DNA of 64,000 nucleotides, taken from the IMG/VR virus record IMGVR_UViG_3300020045_004441, positions 1 through 64,000 of that record; one strand, written 5' to 3'. Below the pieces are notes generated by a model. It did not search any database. It was given only the letters and a program-made list of their open reading frames with translations, and was not told the origin of the DNA. Within the stretch, counting starts at the first letter, position 1, and the number at the start of each line of letters is the position of its first letter. Below, one piece after another: positions 57,133-64,000 of this stretch. Position numbers and translations under genes: made by a program. Origin of the DNA: a virus (taxonomy: Duplodnaviria > Caudoviricetes).

Positions 57133-57813
57133 ATGAGATTTTTAATTCAAACAATTGACGGTAAGGTTAAGCACGATTTTAGTTTTACGTTATTACAAGC
57201 TATTGATTTTCATAAATGGACTGGCAATGATATTAAATTTAGATTATCAGATGGATATATGCCATCTAATTACATCCCGGTTGGTAGTGTAGAATTCGTA
57301 TCTGAGTATATTAATAAATTTTATGGAGTTATTCCTAAGCCTATTAATATTCCAGCAGAATTAATTTGTCAAGAATTTTGCGGTAGAAATATTATCAATG
57401 GTACTAATCTTGATATAGATGGATTAAGGTTTGTTAAGTCCAATAATAAAATAAAGTCATTCACAGAAATATGCGATTCGGCCCCAATCGGTAATTATCA
57501 AATATCAGACTTAATCAATATACAAAGCGAATATAGATGTTTTATATATAAGCAAAAATTAGTTGGCATTAATAACTACTCTGGAGATTTTACAATATTC
57601 CCAAATATAGATAAGATTAATAAAATGATAGAATCGTTTAAATCTGCTCCAGTTGCATACACATTAGATGTTGCCATTTACGATGGAGACACTGTTGTAA
57701 TAGAGGTGCATGATTTCTTTAGTTGTGGATTGTATGGATTCTCAGATTTAAAGATATTGCCGTATATGTTTTCGCAATGGTATTATGAATATATTAGAAA
57801 AATAAATAGATAA
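57133..57813 (+). CDS. ATP-grasp protein, DUF4343/R2K-like clade
   Basis: PVGSVEFV, SEYRCFI, YTLDVA, VIEVHDFFSCGLYG; TATCTTTG box at 57101-57108. Confidence 0.75.
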   Translation: MRFLIQTIDGKVKHDFSFTLLQAIDFHKWTGNDIKFRLSDGYMPSNYIPVGSVEFVSEYINKFYGVIPKPINIPAELICQEFCGRNIINGTNLDIDGLRFVKSNNKIKSFTEICDSAPIGNYQISDLINIQSEYRCFIYKQKLVGINNYSGDFTIFPNIDKINKMIESFKSAPVAYTLDVAIYDGDTVVIEVHDFFSCGLYGFSDLKILPYMFSQWYYEYIRKINR

Positions 57814-57816
57814 ATC

Positions 57817-57848
57817 CTTGTCAGATTGAATTATAAGTTTTATCTTTG
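57817..57848 (+). promoter_or_regulatory. Bacteroidetes-type promoter
   Basis: CTTG-N20-TATCTTTG. Confidence 0.6.
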
Positions 57849-57863
57849 TAGTGTAATTAAAAT

Positions 57864-58184
57864 ATGAGAGGTATGATTGCATACAAATTATTTAGAGAGT
57901 TAAAGGATGGTTCAATTTCGCCGCTGTTTATTAATAAGAAGTTGAGATTAAAGTTAAACGAATGGTTAAATGCAGAATCTCATCCAACAAGAGGATTTGC
58001 ATTCAGACCGGGGTGGCATTGCACAGAAGAGCCAATAGCTCCACATTTAAGTACTAATGGAAGAGCTTGGTATAAGATTGAAGTTGAAGATTATAAGAAA
58101 TATAATAGGCCCGAATCTCAAGGTGGGACTTGGGTATTAGCAAATAAAATGAAAATATTAAATAGATTATATGAGAGTAATTGA
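57864..58184 (+). CDS. Conserved phage hypothetical protein
   Basis: FAFRPGWHC...GGTWVLA. Confidence 0.7.
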   Translation: MRGMIAYKLFRELKDGSISPLFINKKLRLKLNEWLNAESHPTRGFAFRPGWHCTEEPIAPHLSTNGRAWYKIEVEDYKKYNRPESQGGTWVLANKMKILNRLYESN

Positions 58185-58524
58185 ATTAAATGAAGGAGAG
58201 ATTCCATTTAGGAATGCAGCTGGATATCCAAATATAGGATTGAAGATTGCAAGATTAAAGCACAGTGAGACAAATATTGAAATTATAATAGGGTCTGATT
58301 TTTTCGTAAAAATTAATAGAAATGGATTTGATTATTTAATTAGAATAGTTGTAAAAAATTCTACGTTTAGTGAATCTAAATTAACCGATGCTATAAATTC
58401 AGTTGTTGCTGAGTCAAATGTTATTGCAGAAAAAACAATGATGTATTATATTATAGATGAAAATATTTCTGGCGATTTAGGTAATGGATTAGATATAGTA
58501 ATTTATAAATATAAAAAAAAGTAA
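58171..58524 (+). CDS. Hypothetical protein
   Basis: 117-aa ORF. Confidence 0.55.
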   Translation: MRVIELNEGEIPFRNAAGYPNIGLKIARLKHSETNIEIIIGSDFFVKINRNGFDYLIRIVVKNSTFSESKLTDAINSVVAESNVIAEKTMMYYIIDENISGDLGNGLDIVIYKYKKK

Positions 58525-58526
58525 TT

Positions 58527-58739
58527 ATGCCGAAGTATAGATGCACAAATCAAACTTGCTCACAGTATAATGAGATTGAAAATATTAGTGGTACTAGAAT
58601 TACCATAGTCAACGGAACGGCTTTAGATAGAAACGCCTATTGCAAAATTTGTGGTGATAAGAGGGAGGTTGTTCGCGAGGAAGGAATGACCATTAATATT
58701 GCTGGAACTAATGATCAACGTTTAAGGATGGAGAGATAA
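58527..58739 (+). CDS. Zinc-ribbon protein (FmdB-like)
   Basis: MPKYRCTNQTC...CKICG. Confidence 0.6.
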   Translation: MPKYRCTNQTCSQYNEIENISGTRITIVNGTALDRNAYCKICGDKREVVREEGMTINIAGTNDQRLRMER

Positions 58740-58741
58740 TA

Positions 58742-58942
58742 ATGAATATAACTACTAAATTTGACTTTGGTGACACTGTTTATTTAAAGACTGATCCAGA
58801 TCAACTAGAAAGGATTGTAACTGGATTTAGTGTTAAACCAAATAGTTTATGCTACAGTTTATGTCACTCAACAACCGAGAGTTGGCACTGGGATTTTGAG
58901 ATAACAAAAGATAGAGATATATTAAAAACAACAACAAATTAA
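58742..58942 (+). CDS. Hypothetical protein
   Basis: TKFDFGDTVYLKTDPDQ. Confidence 0.65.
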   Translation: MNITTKFDFGDTVYLKTDPDQLERIVTGFSVKPNSLCYSLCHSTTESWHWDFEITKDRDILKTTTN

Positions 58943-59103
58943 TATGACAGAACTTGAAATTACACAAGATAAATACATTAAGTTACTAGAGAAAGCGTGT
59001 AATGATATGGTTGTTCTTGCTAATATAATTGGGTATTTAGGCCCAGATGAAGATGTTAGACTTGGAATAGATCTTAGAAATAAAATTAAAGAATTAAAAC
59101 AAT

Positions 59104-59319
59104 ATGGCAACTAAAGAAGAATATAATTCAGTACCGGTTGAGTTTTGTAGCAAGGCAACATGCTGTTCTCTAAACATCAAAGAGGATGAAGATGGCAGTG
59201 TTTATTGCGATGACTGTGGTGGAATGAAAGTTAGTAAAGCTCCAATTGTTGAATGGGAAGAATACTGGATGATGGCACATGGTGAGAAATTACTTAATAT
59301 TAAGCGCAATGTTGAATAA
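59104..59319 (+). CDS. Zinc-ribbon protein
   Basis: FCSKATCCSL...YCDDCG. Confidence 0.65.
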   Translation: MATKEEYNSVPVEFCSKATCCSLNIKEDEDGSVYCDDCGGMKVSKAPIVEWEEYWMMAHGEKLLNIKRNVE

Positions 59320-59513
59320 TTGGGAGTTGCAATCAGACGAAGAGCTTACTGTTATTTTCAATAAAATATTAGAGGATAAGAAGCTTGGCGATTTCATAAC
59401 ATATATTGGGAATGGAATATATAAAGTTGATTATGGTAATGGCAATATATTATACACTGGAATAAATGGAGTCAATGATATTGAAGCTTCATTAAATAAA
59501 GAATTTTTAACTG

Positions 59514-59918
59514 ATGACACAACCACAGAAACCAATTAACACAAATAGAGCGGTCATTTCTTGCACAAAGGAAACTCTGTGTGAGCAATGGCTAAGATTT
59601 ACCAGGGAATTACATGGCCTTTCAGATGGTGAGATTGTATTGGCTGGCAAGTTCCTAGATAAGCGTATTGAGTTAAAAGAGAAGATTACAGACGATGAAT
59701 TGCTTGATGAATACTTACAGTCCACTAAGGTCAGACAAGGCGTTAAAGAGGCTGCAAACGTTAAGAATTCGGCTGTATTTCAGAACATGTTAAGTAGTTT
59801 GCGTAAGAAGAAATTCTTTCTAGCTGGGGATAGGATTAACAAAGCATTTATACCAAACTTAGATGATCCTAGTAAAAAGTATTTTAAGGTTGAAATAATA
59901 TTTAAGATAGATGGATAA
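59514..59918 (+). CDS. Hypothetical protein (possible DNA-binding)
   Basis: 134-aa basic ORF. Confidence 0.65.
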   Translation: MTQPQKPINTNRAVISCTKETLCEQWLRFTRELHGLSDGEIVLAGKFLDKRIELKEKITDDELLDEYLQSTKVRQGVKEAANVKNSAVFQNMLSSLRKKKFFLAGDRINKAFIPNLDDPSKKYFKVEIIFKIDG

Positions 59919-60132
59919 AGTTGACACGATAAAAGATCTAGCAATAGAGTTTGCAAAACATTTAATGCAGACGAAAGTTTCCAAGGCTAGATATGGTAGT
60001 ATTGAAAAAACAGAGGTTGACAGTTATGTGCCAAATGAGTATAAACTTATGCACGGAAATTTAATAAAACATGGAGTTGAAATGTTTGATGAGTTTTACG
60101 AGAAGCATTGTAACGACTATTATGCAGAATAA
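59911..60132 (+). CDS. Hypothetical protein
   Basis: 73-aa ORF. Confidence 0.55.
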   Translation: MDKVDTIKDLAIEFAKHLMQTKVSKARYGSIEKTEVDSYVPNEYKLMHGNLIKHGVEMFDEFYEKHCNDYYAE

Positions 60133-60134
60133 CT

Positions 60135-60401
60135 ATGGATAAAGTTTTAACTGGAATAGTTGCGGATGTAGCACTGAAATATAATACCAATATTCAGGAG
60201 GTAGAGAAAGTGTTAAATATGCCGTATAAGATGATGAGAGAAAATATTCAGGCGTTAGAGTTAAGAGGACATTTATACGAAGAGATTAAAGATCAGAAAC
60301 TTAACTTCAACATGCCGATACTGTTTAAGTTACATTTAAATAAATATAAACTAGATAAATTTAATTCAAAGAAAGATGACACAGAAAGTACAGAAGATTG
60401 A
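60135..60401 (+). CDS. HU/IHF-like DNA-binding protein
   Basis: Helix-helix-strand pattern IVADVALKY...EVEKVL...NFNMPILFKL. Confidence 0.45.
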   Translation: MDKVLTGIVADVALKYNTNIQEVEKVLNMPYKMMRENIQALELRGHLYEEIKDQKLNFNMPILFKLHLNKYKLDKFNSKKDDTESTED

Positions 60402-60744
60402 GGCTTGTTTGCCATTTAACTACATGTTTTTAACTTGCAATAAAAAGAGTAATGTTAGCAAGAGTGGAATTATAACCAATGCAAAAGATGTTATTGATGT
60501 TAGGCAGGATGTAATTAAGGTTGGAGATTCTGTTAGAACATTTAAACCTGGATATACTGTTGAGATAGACCCACGACCATACTTTGTTAAAGACTGGGTA
60601 GACCAACAGAGCCCAACAATTAATGAGGAATTGCACAAAAAAACAGTTCGCATTGCATGGCCAATTGAGGAGGTTGATGGATTTGAGGTAATGGTAGTAC
60701 CAGATAATCATATTAGATTTTATTGGAAAAATGGATTAGAATAA
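60376..60744 (+). CDS. GroES-like protein
   Basis: PFNYMFL...SKSGII...VIKVGDSV..FKPGYTV. Confidence 0.5.
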   Translation: MTQKVQKIEACLPFNYMFLTCNKKSNVSKSGIITNAKDVIDVRQDVIKVGDSVRTFKPGYTVEIDPRPYFVKDWVDQQSPTINEELHKKTVRIAWPIEEVDGFEVMVVPDNHIRFYWKNGLE

Positions 60745-60762
60745 TAATTTAAAATAATAATT

Positions 60763-60960
60763 ATGAGTACATTTTTAGAGAGATTGAATGAAGAGGCCAA
60801 TGATTTGGCTAGTAAAATGTTGAAACTTGGAGATTTCATCGGTAGTGAGAATTTTGGAAATATAGATGAAGTCCAGCAGATTTTGTTGCAAGTTCAAATT
60901 AAGGCAATGGACACATACCTACAGTGCTTAAGAGAACGGCTCTATCAACTAAGCGAATAA
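60763..60960 (+). CDS. crAss001_48-like protein
   Basis: FLERLNEEANDL...KL.DFI...LL..Q..AM.TY...L.ER. Confidence 0.75.
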   Translation: MSTFLERLNEEANDLASKMLKLGDFIGSENFGNIDEVQQILLQVQIKAMDTYLQCLRERLYQLSE

Positions 60961-61027
60961 CCACTCTTTATATAGTATATTTAGACCAACGCTTATGCGT
61001 TTCAACTCAGGCTCCTTAATTGGGGCC

Positions 61028-61058
61028 TTTGTTGTTTTGATAATTATGCCTATCTTTG
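61028..61058 (+). promoter_or_regulatory. Bacteroidetes-type promoter
   Basis: TTTG-N19-TATCTTTG, overlapping the terminator-like hairpin AGGCTCC/GGGGCCT. Confidence 0.65.
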
Positions 61059-61082
61059 TCTACACAATTTAAGAATAATGAG

Positions 61083-61376
61083 ATGATCTCAAGTAATGAA
61101 ATAGAATCGTTAGGATTCACTAAGGTAGACGACTGGTCTACAGATGTAACTGACTCTTATGTATATAGAGTTAATAGATACGATAAGCCTAGAAATACTA
61201 TCAATCAATATAGATTAGATAGATTAATTGATACAGATTATATGGAGTTGAAGTCAACACTTCAAAGAGAGACTGATTTTAATATGGCATTGATGTCCTT
61301 TAATGGAGAGATGACTACAATTGAAGATTTATTCGATCTATTTGAAATGTTTAGAGAAAACGCCAGGAAAATTTAA
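61083..61376 (+). CDS. Hypothetical protein
   Basis: Start moved to ATG at 61083, since the track's TTG start lies inside the promoter. Confidence 0.6.
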   Translation: MISSNEIESLGFTKVDDWSTDVTDSYVYRVNRYDKPRNTINQYRLDRLIDTDYMELKSTLQRETDFNMALMSFNGEMTTIEDLFDLFEMFRENARKI

Positions 61377-61399
61377 TATTATATATAGGGAATAAAGAT

Positions 61400-61963
61400 A
61401 TGCAATTACTGCAATTTAAAAAGGATTCATATGATGTAATATTTACTGAGGAGTGTACGATGCTTGCTCCATTTAAAAAGATATTAGATCGAGATAAATC
61501 TAAAGATAAAGACATTGCAACAAAAGAAATAACCTTCATATGGTTTTACTCTGACATAACAAGTCCTTATCAAAGTATATTAGTAGACGCTGATAGGTGT
61601 GAAGAAATTAGACGTGATATTGAACTTCCAGCTAAATGGAAGATTGATTCAGTTATACAAGACGCTGTTAAGTTTTATATTGAGAGATCTAAAACTGCTG
61701 TATATTATATGTATGAGGCTGCTATGGCTAGTGCGTCTGCGTGTAATGAGATACTTAAGGATACTAAATCTCTAATAGCTTTGTATGATGATAAAATAGG
61801 AGCCTTACAAAAGGTTCTTGGAGCGCTAGAGAAAGTACCAAAAGTTATGGAATCATTAAGAAATGTTGAGAAAGAGCTTATCCGTCAGATTGAAGATAAG
61901 GAAGGCAAGAAGATTGGAAGCAAATCATTTGCCGTATATGAAGAGGGATTAACAATTGACTAA
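61400..61963 (+). CDS. Conserved protein upstream of terL (small terminase candidate)
   Basis: 187 aa, helical, coupled to terL by TAATG. Confidence 0.55.
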   Translation: MQLLQFKKDSYDVIFTEECTMLAPFKKILDRDKSKDKDIATKEITFIWFYSDITSPYQSILVDADRCEEIRRDIELPAKWKIDSVIQDAVKFYIERSKTAVYYMYEAAMASASACNEILKDTKSLIALYDDKIGALQKVLGALEKVPKVMESLRNVEKELIRQIEDKEGKKIGSKSFAVYEEGLTID

Positions 61964-64000
61964 TGAGTGAAGAGAAAATAACTAACTATATAAAAGTAAA
62001 CAAATATCAAACTCCAATTAATGAGGAATTAAAGAATTCTTTATCTAAGGAAGTATTCTCGGATTTGCTAGAGTTCTGTGAATCAGTGGGTTTCATTAAA
62101 TGGCTAATCTCGCCGGAAGAGGTTCGCGGTTTTGCTAAAGATAGAGAGCGAGACGAATCTGGTAAGATTAAGGTTGATATAACTAAACCTCATATTCTTG
62201 AGGATATGGATTTTTTTAGAGAAAGAGCTTTATATCATGAGAAGCATGGTAGATATACTCATTTACGGCCCAACCCTAATCCTAAATCAGAATATACAGC
62301 CTTTTGGAAGGAAGAGTTGCGTAGATGGAGAGATGGATTAGTTAGACCTAGTGATGGAGAGTGGATTCCAGGTGGATATTATTTTTATTTAAACTACAGT
62401 CCAATCTGGATAAATGTTGAAGCATCAACTACTGGAGGCAAGAAGAGTCGCGGTAAGCGTAGTAAACACTTTCCAAATGTGTGGCAAGGTGATTATCTAT
62501 TCTTTCATTATATAGAGCAAGCTAGAAATAACGGAGCTCACTGTAAATTATTAAAATGTCGTGGTGTAGGGTTCAGCTATAAATTAGCATCTCTATCTCC
62601 ACGTAATATGTATATAGAGCCGGGATTACCAAACTTTCACTTAGCATCTGATAAGACATTCTTAGATGGAGAGAAGGGAGTGTTCGGTAAGGTTCTTGAC
62701 GTCTTAGACTGGATAGCAGATAGTACTCCACTGCCTAAAATGAGGCTTGTTAACGGTATTAGATCGAGAGAAATACAGTTAGGTTACCAAGATGAGTACG
62801 GAGTTAAAAAGGGGCTTAAATCGTCTGTATATGGCATTAGTTTGAAGGACAATCCAGATAAAGCTCGTGGGGTGCGTGGCCCATTAATTCACTATGAAGA
62901 AGATGGATTATTCCCAAATCTGGAGAAAGCTTGGGGTGTTAATAGAAAGGCTGTAGAGGATGGAGATATTGTTTATGGACTCATGCTTGCCGGTGGTACT
63001 GGTGGTACTGAAAACGCTGATTTTGAGGGTTCAGAGAAATTATTTAGAACTCCATTAGCTTATAATATATATGGCATTCCAAATGTATTTGATAAAAACT
63101 CCAACGGAGAGACTGTTTGTGGATTCTTCTGGGGAGCATATATGAATCGAGCAAAGTGTTATGATCCAATCAATGGAGAGTCAGATGTAGTTAAAGCTTT
63201 AGTTCAGGTTTTAGAAGATAGATTTATCGTAAAATATAATTCATCTGATCCAGGAGTCATAACACAAAAGCTTGCAGAGGAGTGTATTACTCCATCTGAG
63301 GCTGTCATGAGAACGTCTGGAACAATATTTCCAGTAAGTGATTTAAAAGATTATAGGGATTCTGTTAAGATTCAAGGGGCTAGATTCTTTGATACACATT
63401 ATGTAGGTAACCTAATATTAAATCAACACAATATAGAATGGAAACCAGATGCAGATTTGTATCCAATAAGAAAGTTTCCACTTGGAACAGATAGGCCAGA
63501 GGGTGCTTTAGAAATATATGAAATGCCTAAATATGGTGTTGATGGAAAGATAGATCCACATCGATATATATCTGGAATTGACCCTGTTGATGACGATGAA
63601 GCTAAAACAACATCACTCACATCAATATTTATATTTGATTTATATACAGATCGTATAGTAGCCGAATACACAGGTAGAACAAAGTTCGCCAATGATTTCT
63701 ATGAAATGTGCCGAAGGTTACTTATATTCTATAATGCTAAGGCTAATTACGAAAACAACAAGAAAGGTATATTTAATTACTTTGATCAGAAGCGTTGCTT
63801 AAATTTATTGTGCGAAACTCCACAGATTCTTAGAGATATGGAATACGTTAAGGGTTCTGGCTTTGGAAATAAAAGCCTCGGTACTAACGCTACCTTACCA
63901 ATTAATACGTGGGGTAGAAGACTTCAAAGAGATTACTTGATGAGTAAAGCTTTTATGCAGGATGTTGACACTGATGGAAATCAAATTGGCGAAAAACTTA
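61963..64000 (+). CDS. terL: Terminase large subunit, 3'-truncated (absent from ORF track)
   Basis: Hand translation from ATG 61963: MSEEKITNY...LLKCRGVGFSYK (Walker A variant)...HYEEDG (Walker B)...SGIDPVDDD (nuclease); runs off the window. Confidence 0.9.
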   Translation, partial: MSEEKITNYIKVNKYQTPINEELKNSLSKEVFSDLLEFCESVGFIKWLISPEEVRGFAKDRERDESGKIKVDITKPHILEDMDFFRERALYHEKHGRYTHLRPNPNPKSEYTAFWKEELRRWRDGLVRPSDGEWIPGGYYFYLNYSPIWINVEASTTGGKKSRGKRSKHFPNVWQGDYLFFHYIEQARNNGAHCKLLKCRGVGFSYKLASLSPRNMYIEPGLPNFHLASDKTFLDGEKGVFGKVLDVLDWIADSTPLPKMRLVNGIRSREIQLGYQDEYGVKKGLKSSVYGISLKDNPDKARGVRGPLIHYEEDGLFPNLEKAWGVNRKAVEDGDIVYGLMLAGGTGGTENADFEGSEKLFRTPLAYNIYGIPNVFDKNSNGETVCGFFWGAYMNRAKCYDPINGESDVVKALVQVLEDRFIVKYNSSDPGVITQKLAEECITPSEAVMRTSGTIFPVSDLKDYRDSVKIQGARFFDTHYVGNLILNQHNIEWKPDADLYPIRKFPLGTDRPEGALEIYEMPKYGVDGKIDPHRYISGIDPVDDDEAKTTSLTSIFIFDLYTDRIVAEYTGRTKFANDFYEMCRRLLIFYNAKANYENNKKGIFNYFDQKRCLNLLCETPQILRDMEYVKGSGFGNKSLGTNATLPINTWGRRLQRDYLMSKAFMQDVDTDGNQIGEKL

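Noticed and set aside
63423-63692. 89-aa minus-strand ORF in the track
   Set aside because: It is antisense to the terminase large subunit, which the track missed because it runs off the window.
1-64000. Stop-codon reassignment (TAG or TGA), known in some crAss-like phages
   Set aside because: Code 11 gives long intact ORFs and near-complete coding density, and TAA, TAG and TGA all end tightly coupled genes.

Overview
This 64-kb window is part of an AT-rich crAss-like (Crassvirales-type) phage genome, probably infecting a Bacteroidetes host, and it reads in the standard genetic code. It has three blocks. (1) 1-15.9 kb, + strand: a giant virion RNA polymerase polyprotein (DFDID catalytic motif, open to the window's left edge), a ferritin, a GIY-YIG endonuclease and a second large virion protein. 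(2) 15.9-55.3 kb, - strand: a replication, metabolism and early block. It holds a class II RNR, primase, SF4 helicase, SSB, a Sak4-like ATPase, RusA, a PD-(D/E)XK nuclease, three more free-standing endonucleases, a phiEco32-type amide/peptide-ligase cluster and a micro-ORF-rich early region. (3) 55.4-64 kb, + strand: genes with Bacteroidetes-type TTTG-N19/20-TAnnTTTG promoters, ending in a truncated large terminase. The most striking features are missing from the ORF track. The first is a circularly permuted, very compact two-piece tmRNA gene (tag GKTINLFREVAIAA*), preceded by a tRNA mimic whose anticodon loop appears replaced by a cUACGg-capped hairpin. The second is a duplicated three-way-junction element with compensatory base changes at the head of the early region. 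The third is a stand-alone DnaE-like C-terminal/OB protein with a consensus beta-clamp motif (QLSLF), in a replication block with no recognisable DNA polymerase. All protein calls come from motif recognition by eye; no database searches were run.
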